Source: a virus. From it: a DNA stretch of 64,000 nt. Shown piece by piece: positions 54,821 to 63,692 of the stretch; the stretch's first letter is position 1, and every line of letters starts with the position of its first letter. The translations under genes and the position numbers were made by a program. The notes below the pieces were generated by a model. The model did not search any database, was not told where the DNA came from, and saw nothing but the letters and a program-made list of their open reading frames with translations. The stretch spans positions 32,001-96,000 of IMG/VR virus record IMGVR_UViG_3300035670_010555, one strand, 5' to 3'.

Positions 54821-55805
54821 AATTTTTGAAGAAGAAATTCCAAAATTAAAAGAAGGTCAACTACTTGTTGCCATGAAATCCGTAGGAATTTGTGGGTCAG
54901 ACATGCATTATTTCAAAGAAGGAGGACTGGGCTCTTTCAAAAATCCATTACCGATGTATATGGGTCATGAACCGTCAGGTGTAGTTGTTGATTCAAACGG
55001 TTCAAGTAAGTTTAATGATGGAGACCGAGTTGCGGTGGAACCGGGAATGCCATGTGTCACTTCCTATTGGTCATTAAAAGGAAAACATAATTTATGTGAA
55101 AAAGGTACCTTTATGGGTGCTAACTCACAAGGTGCCTTTGCGGATTATGTAGTTGTGGAAGAATTACAACTAGTCAAAATTCCTGATTCAATGTCGTTCA
55201 ATTTGGCAAGTTTATTAGAACCACTTGGAGTATGTCTTCATACCGCAAACTTAATTAAACCAAAGTTCACAGAATCTGCAGCGATATTTGGAGCAGGTCC
55301 AATCGGATTGTGTATGTTTTCTATTTTGAAAAAAATGGGCCTTAAAGATATATACATGATTGACAAATTACCATACAGGGTGGATTTTGCAAAAAAGTTC
55401 GGGGCTAAAGAATCTTTTTTATTAGCCGAGGATTATAATAAAAAAATTAAAGAATTAACTCACGGGATGGGTACCACGTTAACCATTGATACTGGAGGGA
55501 CAACCGATTCTATCGATGGATGTATTAATGTTGCCTCGGTTAATGGACGAGTTGCTTTGATAGGAATTCCTGAGGCGGATTTTGTATCATACAATCCTCA
55601 TAGGATGAGAACGAAAGAGTTAACAATTAAAAATGTTCGTAGATCTAATCAAACATTAGATGATTGTGTGGTAAACTATACTGGAGATGAAGAAATCGAA
55701 AAAATAGTATCACATGAATTTACATTCGAAGATATTCAAAAAGCATTTGACACAGTCGCCGACTACAAAGATGAAATATTAAAGTGTATCATAACTAATA
55801 ACTAA
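54777..55805 (+). CDS. Zn-dependent polyol/alcohol dehydrogenase (MDR family)
   Basis: GICGSD, GHEPSG, GDRVAVEP, LEPL, GAGPIG. Confidence 0.9.
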   Translation: MKNRVAKLTQIRKIEIFEEEIPKLKEGQLLVAMKSVGICGSDMHYFKEGGLGSFKNPLPMYMGHEPSGVVVDSNGSSKFNDGDRVAVEPGMPCVTSYWSLKGKHNLCEKGTFMGANSQGAFADYVVVEELQLVKIPDSMSFNLASLLEPLGVCLHTANLIKPKFTESAAIFGAGPIGLCMFSILKKMGLKDIYMIDKLPYRVDFAKKFGAKESFLLAEDYNKKIKELTHGMGTTLTIDTGGTTDSIDGCINVASVNGRVALIGIPEADFVSYNPHRMRTKELTIKNVRRSNQTLDDCVVNYTGDEEIEKIVSHEFTFEDIQKAFDTVADYKDEILKCIITNN

Positions 55806-55806
55806 A

Positions 55807-56415
55807 ATGAAATTGAACTTAGATTATTTTGGTGACCCGAGATGGAGAGAAATGTCGGATTCACATAAAAAAAATTTACCAATACCTAATCTTTTTTTAT
55901 CAATACTATATAAGTACCAAGATAAAATTCCAAACCTAAATGATATTAAATTTGCGATTGAGACCGGTACTCACAATGCAAGAACATCTATTTTTTTAGC
56001 TGAACATTTTGATGTGGTATTTACTGTCGAACTATACCCCGACAAAAACCCATATGATGGAATAGATTATAGAAATCATTATCAAGAAATTAATAAAAAA
56101 TTTCAAAATTTAACATTTCTTTTCGGGACTTCTGAAGATTCGATAAAATCAGTACTCAATGAACTACCCAATGAAAGATTTTTCATTTTATTAGACGCTC
56201 ATAACTTGTTGAATGGCCCTTTGAGAGAAGAATTAAAAGCAATAAAAATGAACAGTAATCGTAACGACCATGTTATGTTAATTGATGATTGTCGAGATTT
56301 GGGACAAGGAAATTTTCCAACTTTGATTGAATTCGAATCATTAATCCGAGATATCAACCCAAATTATAATATATTAAATACTGAGGAGGGTAATCACATT
56401 TACTTAATTTATTAA
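55807..56415 (+). CDS. Class I SAM methyltransferase-like protein
   Basis: IETGT, TVEL, LDAH, LIDD. Confidence 0.6.
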   Translation: MKLNLDYFGDPRWREMSDSHKKNLPIPNLFLSILYKYQDKIPNLNDIKFAIETGTHNARTSIFLAEHFDVVFTVELYPDKNPYDGIDYRNHYQEINKKFQNLTFLFGTSEDSIKSVLNELPNERFFILLDAHNLLNGPLREELKAIKMNSNRNDHVMLIDDCRDLGQGNFPTLIEFESLIRDINPNYNILNTEEGNHIYLIY

Positions 56416-56416
56416 A

Positions 56417-57352
56417 ATGAAAAAATTTATTATAACAACCACAATCAATAACCCGACTGAGGCGACACTTAAATTCTGTAAAATTGCAGATAAAAAAGAT
56501 TTTACCTTCGTAATTGTCGGAGATACTAAAACTCCTCACGAATTATATCAACAATTAGAATCCGATTTTCAAAATGTTTTATATCTAGACCCTGAATATC
56601 AAGCGGAATTATATCCTGAATTATCGGAAATAATTGGATGGAAAACCATCCAAAGACGTAACATCGGATTTGTATACGCTTACCAAAATGGAGCTGAAAT
56701 TGTTGCAACCGTTGATGATGATAATATCCCATATGATAGTTGGGGTGACAACATCTTATTGAATCAGGAAATTGAAGTTGATGAATTTGAAAACTTATCC
56801 TGTCCTTATTTTGATGCAATATCAACCACAGAACATAATGATTTATGGCACAGAGGATTTCCAATCGAATATCTTCAAGTGAAGAATGACATCGAATATA
56901 AAGGTAAAACTAAAATAACTCCGCTAGTTCAAGCAGAATTTTGGGATGGTGACCCTGATATTGACGCCATTTGTAGATTAAGTAAAAAACCAATAGTGAA
57001 ATTCAAACCTTTTGAACCATTCACAACAAAACAGTTAACACCATTCAACTCACAAAATACATTCTTACATAGAAGTGTTCTTAAGTATTACTCGGTGTTT
57101 CCTTACACAGGTAGAATGGATGATATTTGGGGGGCGTATGTAATGCAACATTACTTCCCTAATTCAGTAATTTTTACAAAGGCATCTGTTTATCAAGCAA
57201 GAAATCCACAAGACCTTGTTAAAAATTTGGAAAATGAAGTGATTGGGTATAGAGGTACTTTGAATCTAATAGACAATATAAAAGATTATAGGGATTTACT
57301 TCCTGAGAAAACTGTCGAATATTTTGACATATACCAAAAATATTTTTTATGA
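56417..57352 (+). CDS. STELLO/RGP-like (GT75-related) protein
   Basis: TTIN, VGDTKTP, RNIGFVYA, DDDN, DPDIDAI, PFNSQNT, RMDDIW. Confidence 0.7.
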   Translation: MKKFIITTTINNPTEATLKFCKIADKKDFTFVIVGDTKTPHELYQQLESDFQNVLYLDPEYQAELYPELSEIIGWKTIQRRNIGFVYAYQNGAEIVATVDDDNIPYDSWGDNILLNQEIEVDEFENLSCPYFDAISTTEHNDLWHRGFPIEYLQVKNDIEYKGKTKITPLVQAEFWDGDPDIDAICRLSKKPIVKFKPFEPFTTKQLTPFNSQNTFLHRSVLKYYSVFPYTGRMDDIWGAYVMQHYFPNSVIFTKASVYQARNPQDLVKNLENEVIGYRGTLNLIDNIKDYRDLLPEKTVEYFDIYQKYFL

Positions 57353-57975
57353 AACTAGTAATTGATATCGGAGCAAATGTAGGAAACACTGTAGAACAAT
57401 TTCTGTTAAGCTCGGAAAAAGTAATTTGTTTTGAACCCAACCCTGCATTAGTTAAACATTTAACTCATAGATTTTCTAATAGACCTGTTGTGGTTGATGG
57501 AAGAGGAGTATCTAATAACAAAGGAACACAAACTTTCAAAATTTCGAATGCCAATACTATTTCAACATTCTCTGAAGATTGGATACATAATTCGAGATTT
57601 ACCAATTCTTATAATTGGGATAGAACAGTTGAAGTTCAAACTGTAACATTGGATGACATAATTGATGAATATGGGATTCCCGATTACATTAAAATAGATA
57701 TTGAAGGATATGAATATGAAGTTTTAACTTCATTCTCAAAATTACTTCCTGATACCGTGTTTGCGTTTGAATGGGCGGAAGAACAAAAAGATAAAATTAG
57801 CTCAATCATAAACCATTTGATAAATTTAGGATATCATAAATTCAGTCATACTGAAGCGGATTCAATAAGATTAGATAAAGATATTGATTGGAAATCTTAT
57901 AATGAATTTAACTTACTTCAAGAATTAAACCCTGAAAAAAAAGAAAAGTGGGGTATGATTTACTTCAAAAAATAA
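57349..57975 (+). CDS. FkbM-family methyltransferase
   Basis: DIGANVG, FEPNP, KIDIEGYE. Confidence 0.88.
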   Translation: MKLVIDIGANVGNTVEQFLLSSEKVICFEPNPALVKHLTHRFSNRPVVVDGRGVSNNKGTQTFKISNANTISTFSEDWIHNSRFTNSYNWDRTVEVQTVTLDDIIDEYGIPDYIKIDIEGYEYEVLTSFSKLLPDTVFAFEWAEEQKDKISSIINHLINLGYHKFSHTEADSIRLDKDIDWKSYNEFNLLQELNPEKKEKWGMIYFKK

Positions 57976-57980
57976 AAAAA

Positions 57981-59075
57981 ATGAAAAAAATTGTAGTTTT
58001 AGGTGGAGGAGGGTTCATAGGTGGGCACCTTGCCAAAAGATTAAAAGAAGAAGGTAATCACGTTAGAATATGTGATATTAAAAAACATGAATATTTCTTT
58101 CAAGATGAAATTTGTCATGAATTCATTTTAGGTGATTTAACGGACCCTAAAGTCGTTGAATTAGTTATCGAAGAAGGTGTTGATGAAGTTTACCAACTTG
58201 CCGCGGATATGGGTGGTGCATTATACATCTTTACGGGTGAACATGATGCAGACGTTATGTACAACTCAGCAACAATCAATCTTAATGTCGCTCGTGAAGC
58301 CGTGAAGAAAAAAGTTGGAAAACTATTTTATTCATCATCGGCCTGTATGTATCCTGAACATAACCAATTAGACCCTGATAACCCTAACTGTGAAGAATCA
58401 TCGGCGTATCCTGCGAATCCTGATTCCGAATACGGATGGGAAAAATTATTTTCAGAAAGATTATATTTGGCATTTAGTAGAAACTATGGATTGAATGTTA
58501 GGGTTGGAAGATTTCATAATATTTTTGGACCACAAGGAACATGGACTGGTGGTAGAGAAAAATCACCAGCGGCTATGTGTAGAAAAGCTGCTGAAACAGA
58601 AGATGGTGGTGAGATAGAAGTTTGGGGTAATGGATTACAAACTCGTTCATTCTTATATGTAGATGAATGTGTTGAAGCGGTAATTAGATTGATGGAATCA
58701 GAATTCGAAGGACCTGTGAATATCGGTAGCGAGGAAATGGTTACGATTAATCAATTAGCTAAAATGGCTATTGATATTGCAGGAAAAGACATCACTATTA
58801 AAAATATTGAAGGGGAAGAATTTGTTCAAAAATATGGATTCAAATGTCCATTAGGAGTAAAAGGTAGAAATTCAGATAACAAATTATATAAAGAAAAAAT
58901 TGGATGGGAAGTTAGCCAACCTTTGTCAGTTGGATTACAAAAAACTTATCAATGGATTAAGACACAAGTTGATAAAAAAAAACTAGAAACTAAATGGATT
59001 TATGAAAGTCCAGATGGAGGGAAAACAATCTATAAAAGAGAACTTATGGATTCTGAAAGACATAAAGTTAAATAA
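57981..59075 (+). CDS. gme: GDP-mannose 3',5'-epimerase with a short C-terminal add-on (start revised to MKKIVVLG)
   Basis: GGGGFIG, LAADMGG, YSSSACMYP, YGWEKL, RFHNIFGP, GGREKSPAAMCRK. Confidence 0.85.
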   Translation: MKKIVVLGGGGFIGGHLAKRLKEEGNHVRICDIKKHEYFFQDEICHEFILGDLTDPKVVELVIEEGVDEVYQLAADMGGALYIFTGEHDADVMYNSATINLNVAREAVKKKVGKLFYSSSACMYPEHNQLDPDNPNCEESSAYPANPDSEYGWEKLFSERLYLAFSRNYGLNVRVGRFHNIFGPQGTWTGGREKSPAAMCRKAAETEDGGEIEVWGNGLQTRSFLYVDECVEAVIRLMESEFEGPVNIGSEEMVTINQLAKMAIDIAGKDITIKNIEGEEFVQKYGFKCPLGVKGRNSDNKLYKEKIGWEVSQPLSVGLQKTYQWIKTQVDKKKLETKWIYESPDGGKTIYKRELMDSERHKVK

Positions 59076-59081
59076 TTAAAA

Positions 59082-59816
59082 ATGGGTAGATTAACAAAAC
59101 CAAAACCAACAGCGACTTTACCAAGTGAAGAAGCACCAATTAAAAATAAAAAACAGCAAATCTGTTCCATAATCAAACGAAAAACAAAAGAAAAGTTTTT
59201 ATCTGACAGTCAGAAAGAATATTATGAAAAATTAGTAAATAACCAAATTAGTATTTGTTCGGGGCCTGCGGGTGTGGGAAAAAGTTATATTGCTATGAAA
59301 TGTGCGGTTGATTTGTTATCAGACCCTAATACTCCTTATGAGAAAATCATAATTGTTAGACCCGCAGTTGAAGCTGAAGAAAAATTAGGTAGTTTACCAG
59401 GTGGTGTCGAAGAAAAACTTGACCCATATATTTTTCCATCCTATTATCTATTAAATAAGATAATAGGTAAAGATACTAGAGAAAAATTAAAGGAAATTGA
59501 AGCCATAGAAGTATTTGCATTGGCATATATGAGGGGTATGAATATTGATAATTCTATTTTGATTTTTGAAGAGGCACAAAACTCAACTCCAAGTCAGATG
59601 AAATTATTGTTAACTAGAATTGGATTTAACTCCAAGTTTTTCATATCGGGTGATTTGGATCAATTTGATAGACATAAAGACAAGACTCAAACTGGTTTGT
59701 GGGATGTTTTGAAAAAATTCCAAAACATGAACGATATCGGAGTTTTTGAATTCAAGTCTACAGACATCGTAAGAAACCCATTAATATCAAAAATATTAGA
59801 AAAATACGAAGAATGA
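59082..59816 (+). CDS. phoH: PhoH-like ATPase
   Basis: GPAGVGKS, RPAVEAEEKLGSLPG, AYMRG, EEAQN, GDLDQ, VRNPL. Confidence 0.93.
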   Translation: MGRLTKPKPTATLPSEEAPIKNKKQQICSIIKRKTKEKFLSDSQKEYYEKLVNNQISICSGPAGVGKSYIAMKCAVDLLSDPNTPYEKIIIVRPAVEAEEKLGSLPGGVEEKLDPYIFPSYYLLNKIIGKDTREKLKEIEAIEVFALAYMRGMNIDNSILIFEEAQNSTPSQMKLLLTRIGFNSKFFISGDLDQFDRHKDKTQTGLWDVLKKFQNMNDIGVFEFKSTDIVRNPLISKILEKYEE

Positions 59817-60412
59817 GAATCGGCATTGAATTAAATGGGGTCTTGAGGGATACATTAAAAAAAATACAACAAGAATATGAAAAGTGGTATTTGAACAATC
59901 CATTCAAAGAAGAAAATGAAGAAGATAGTTTTGAGTATGAAGTTTTGTCTGATTTAATATCTTTAGATATTAGGAAACATTTGAAATTCAAAGATGAAGA
60001 CGAGTTGTATGATTTTTTATATAAAGAGCACACAATGGAAATTTTTGGTCACGCTGGTTCAGTAGAGCCTTCAGGACTATTGGACTTGAACGAATTTTAT
60101 TTGGATATGAGAGATTCTCATGATATCATTATTGTTTCGGATGAAATAGGAAAATCAAAACCATCCTCATTATTTTTCATTTCTAAGTTTGGATGTTTAG
60201 TCGAATCGATTAGATTTTATAGTGAAAGTACAATTAATTCATTGTGGGATTCCGTAGACATTTTACTTACCGCAAATCCTAAACTATTATTAGACCATCC
60301 ACAAAACAAAATGGTAATTAAATTCAACACAACGTATAATACTGATGTCGAATCTAATTTTCATATTTCAAGTCTTAAGGAGTTAAAAACAAAAATACAA
60401 GAAATATTATGA
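59813..60412 (+). CDS. 5'(3')-deoxyribonucleotidase-like HAD homolog with degenerate catalytic motif
   Basis: RIGIELNGVLRD in place of IxIDxDGVLxD; C-terminal TTYN. Confidence 0.55.
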   Translation: MRIGIELNGVLRDTLKKIQQEYEKWYLNNPFKEENEEDSFEYEVLSDLISLDIRKHLKFKDEDELYDFLYKEHTMEIFGHAGSVEPSGLLDLNEFYLDMRDSHDIIIVSDEIGKSKPSSLFFISKFGCLVESIRFYSESTINSLWDSVDILLTANPKLLLDHPQNKMVIKFNTTYNTDVESNFHISSLKELKTKIQEIL

Positions 60413-60693
60413 TACAGGTATTAGGTGAGAATTATTTTATCGACTTAGATGAAATTGAAAATTATCTCGATATGAGTCAAGCTGACAACGGTGAAGATTC
60501 AGAGTCAGGAATGACAGAAACAAAAATTAATATTATCAAATTCGAAATGGTTAAAATGTTATTAGACACTGTTTTGAATGAACAAGAAATTGTTGACGAA
60601 AAACTTGGAATGAAATCTAACGCACAAGTTAGTATACCTTTTAGGTTAGCATTCAATAGTTTATTAAATAAAAAACTTATCAATCATTATTAA
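60409..60693 (+). CDS. Hypothetical acidic protein
   Basis: 94-aa coupled ORF. Confidence 0.65.
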   Translation: MIQVLGENYFIDLDEIENYLDMSQADNGEDSESGMTETKINIIKFEMVKMLLDTVLNEQEIVDEKLGMKSNAQVSIPFRLAFNSLLNKKLINHY

Positions 60694-60694
60694 T

Positions 60695-61747
60695 ATGGAA
60701 AACCAACTTCAAGAAAAAGTAAAACAGTCCATTAAGATATTAAGAGACAAACAAGCTAGAATATATTTTTTAGTTCAGGATACTAAAGGTAACGCAAAGG
60801 CTTCGGTAAGACTCATATATCAAATGGCGAAAGCATTAAAAGATAATGGATTTAATCCAATAATACTTCACGAAAAAGTCGATTATGCAGGAGTTGTTGC
60901 ATGGTTAGATGAAGAATATATGTCAATTCCTCACCGTGCGATTGAAGGACAAAATTTAGAAATTTCTCCAGAGGACTTTTTGGTCATCCCTGAAATTTTT
61001 GGATATGTGATGGAACAAGTAAAACAACTTCCTTGTGCTAAAATTGTGTTAACACAACAATATGCTCACATGTTAGAAACCTTACAGCCAGGTCAAACTT
61101 GGAACCAATTTGGGTTTTTGAAGTGTATTACAACATCAAGTAAACAAATGGAATATATCGAAAGAGTAATGAGACAAATTTCTTTCGATATTATTGATCC
61201 TTTAATTAGTGAAGAATTTACACCTAAATCAAGTCCCGCGATGCCTATCATTGGTGTTCATGCGAAAGAACAAAGTGATGCAATCAATTTGATTAAAACT
61301 TTCTACTTGAAATTCCCTCAGTATCGATGGTTTACGTTTAGAGATTTACGAGGATTGTCTGAAAAAGAGTTTGCAAATTCTTTGAGAGATTGTTTTTTGA
61401 GTGTATGGATTGACGACCATAGTGCGTTTGGTACTTTCCCATTAGAATCTATGAAATCAAATATTCCCGTAATTGGTAAAGTTCCAAACCTTTCACCTGA
61501 TTGGATGAGTGAAGAAAATGGTATTTGGGTTACTGACCAAACTTTATTACCTGATTTAGTTGCAGACTACGCCCAAAATTGGTTAGAAGATAATATTGAC
61601 CCACAAATTTTCGAAAAAATGAAAGAGACCGTTGAAAGATATTCGGATAAACAAAAGTTTGAATCGACCGTAGTTTCCTTATTTGAAGGATATTTGACTA
61701 CAAGAGCAGATTCATTCGAAAATCAAATTTCCAAAACAGAAGAATAA
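60695..61747 (+). CDS. GT-B (GT4-like) glycosyltransferase
   Basis: VIPEI, SAFGTFPLESMKSNIPVIG. Confidence 0.6.
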   Translation: MENQLQEKVKQSIKILRDKQARIYFLVQDTKGNAKASVRLIYQMAKALKDNGFNPIILHEKVDYAGVVAWLDEEYMSIPHRAIEGQNLEISPEDFLVIPEIFGYVMEQVKQLPCAKIVLTQQYAHMLETLQPGQTWNQFGFLKCITTSSKQMEYIERVMRQISFDIIDPLISEEFTPKSSPAMPIIGVHAKEQSDAINLIKTFYLKFPQYRWFTFRDLRGLSEKEFANSLRDCFLSVWIDDHSAFGTFPLESMKSNIPVIGKVPNLSPDWMSEENGIWVTDQTLLPDLVADYAQNWLEDNIDPQIFEKMKETVERYSDKQKFESTVVSLFEGYLTTRADSFENQISKTEE

Positions 61748-61748
61748 T

Positions 61749-62555
61749 ATGAATAATACACTATCACTATCAGTAATACTACCTATAAAATCATCTAAAG
61801 CAAAAGATTTTGATGAGTATTTTGAAAAAGCAATTTTATCTCTTAAAAATCAACAAGTAGGATTTGAAGAATTAGTAATTGTGCACTCACAAGAACAATC
61901 TCTAATTGACTTCTTGAATTCATATGATTTTGGAGATTTAAATGTCACAAAATTGTTGTGGGACCAAGAACCTAATTATGCAAATCAGGTAAATTTCGGT
62001 ATCAAGAACTCTAAAGGAACTTGGATATCTCTCTTCGAATTTGACGATGAGTATTCATCTATATGGTTCAAAAATGTTAAAAAGTATGTAGAATCATTTC
62101 CTGACGTTCAAATGTTTTTACCTGTTGTGGTGGAAACAGATGAAAAGGGTTTATTTGCAGGTTTCACAAACGAAGCAACATTTGCAGCTAATTTCTCACA
62201 AGAAATGGGTATATTAACAAATGATACTTTACAAGAATATCAAAACTTTCAAACCGCAGGTTCCGTAATCAAAAAATCAGTTATCGAAGATTTTGGTGGT
62301 TTCAAACCATCAATCAAACTAACTTTTATATATGAATTTTTATTGAGATTGACCTATAACTCCGTTACAGTCATGACAATTCCAAGACTAGGTTATAAAC
62401 ATGTAAATCTTCGTGAAGGTTCTATTTTTTGGAATTACAAATTTGGAGATAGTAAAATGGTTGAAGATGAGGTGAAGTTTTGGATTCAAGCGGCTAAAAG
62501 AGAGTATTTTTTCACGGACGACAGATCCATAAAATATCAATCTGAAAATGCTTAA
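61749..62555 (+). CDS. GT2-like glycosyltransferase
   Basis: LSVILP, NFGI, FEFDDEY, FGGFK, EFLLRL. Confidence 0.65.
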   Translation: MNNTLSLSVILPIKSSKAKDFDEYFEKAILSLKNQQVGFEELVIVHSQEQSLIDFLNSYDFGDLNVTKLLWDQEPNYANQVNFGIKNSKGTWISLFEFDDEYSSIWFKNVKKYVESFPDVQMFLPVVVETDEKGLFAGFTNEATFAANFSQEMGILTNDTLQEYQNFQTAGSVIKKSVIEDFGGFKPSIKLTFIYEFLLRLTYNSVTVMTIPRLGYKHVNLREGSIFWNYKFGDSKMVEDEVKFWIQAAKREYFFTDDRSIKYQSENA

Positions 62556-63301
62556 TGCAAACTTCAATCTCTGCTACAACAGAGGATATTTTATCAAAAA
62601 AAAGAGGTAGAAAGGCTGTTAAAGAAAATTATTTTGATGTAAGAGAAGAGGAGGCGGTTAGAAAATTTCTGATTGCCGAATCGTCCTACGAAAAAAATAA
62701 AATCTATAATCAGTTTTTAAGGCATCCTTTAGATAAAATGATTTCCTCAATTATTCGACGATATAAATTATATCGTAAAGATATGGATTTTGAGGAAATT
62801 CATACAGATACACATTCCTTCCTTATGACGAAAGTCGATAAGTTTAAGCCCGATAAAAATAAAAAGGCGTATTCTTATTTTGGAACTATATGTAAAAATT
62901 ACTTAATGGGCCAAATCATAAAAGACCAAAAAGAAACTAATCGAAAAATATCATACGAGGATATTTCATCAAGTTTAGAGGAAAGACCTGATTTGACTTA
63001 TAGAATTGACGATGATGTAGTTGAAACCGATTATGTGATTAATCAATATTTAGATGAGTTAAAAAATTACATTGAGTTAGAACAACTAAATGACAATGAA
63101 AAAAAATTAGGTTATGCACTAATTGATTTGTTTGATAATTACGAAACAATTTTTTCAGGGGCGGACAATAATAAATTCAATAAGAATGTAATATTATTAT
63201 CACTGAGAGAGATGACTAATTTAAGTACTAAAGAAATACGTAGTTCAATCAAAAGATTCAAAAAATTATATATCGTAATTCAATCAAGAATCAAAAACTA
63301 A
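62555..63301 (+). CDS. Phage late sigma factor (T4 gp55-like)
   Basis: NYF N-terminus; sigma region-2-like KFKPDKNKKAYSYFGTICKNYL. Confidence 0.7.
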   Translation: MQTSISATTEDILSKKRGRKAVKENYFDVREEEAVRKFLIAESSYEKNKIYNQFLRHPLDKMISSIIRRYKLYRKDMDFEEIHTDTHSFLMTKVDKFKPDKNKKAYSYFGTICKNYLMGQIIKDQKETNRKISYEDISSSLEERPDLTYRIDDDVVETDYVINQYLDELKNYIELEQLNDNEKKLGYALIDLFDNYETIFSGADNNKFNKNVILLSLREMTNLSTKEIRSSIKRFKKLYIVIQSRIKN

Positions 63302-63320
63302 TAAAAAAGTATTTATAGAT

Positions 63321-63689
63321 ATGCCGAGACCTCAAAGAAAAGAAATCAATTTTACCAAAGATTCTATATTATCACTCATGCAAGAAATCTATAATGAACT
63401 TGTAGAACAAAGACAAACTGCGATTAGGATACAGAATAAGATGTTAGCAATGTTAAAGGATCCATCTGATATGACTACTATTGGTCCTGTGATTGAAAAA
63501 CAACAAAAAATCGTAAATGATTGTGTTGAAAAAAAACTTAATTTATCGAAATTACAATCAAGTATTTGGGAAAAATCTAATAACAACAAGGAGGAATCAT
63601 TTTCTCTCGCAGATTTGGACGATGATTTAATACAGAATCTCATTGAAAAAGATGTTTCCAAAGATGAGGAATCATATAAAATGAGATAA
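63321..63689 (+). CDS. Hypothetical coiled-coil protein
   Basis: 122-aa ORF with GTATTTATAG immediately upstream. Confidence 0.65.
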   Translation: MPRPQRKEINFTKDSILSLMQEIYNELVEQRQTAIRIQNKMLAMLKDPSDMTTIGPVIEKQQKIVNDCVEKKLNLSKLQSSIWEKSNNNKEESFSLADLDDDLIQNLIEKDVSKDEESYKMR

Positions 63690-63692
63690 AAT

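Noticed and set aside
57948-57980. Track N-terminal extension of the epimerase
   Set aside because: The GTG lies inside the preceding gene; the Rossmann fold starts at ATG 57981
41778-59075. Interpretation as a bacterial O-antigen/capsule locus or chimeric contig
   Set aside because: No wzx/wzy/ABC export or initiating transferase seen; genes are overlap-coupled with phage-type dut, phoH and the gp55-like sigma
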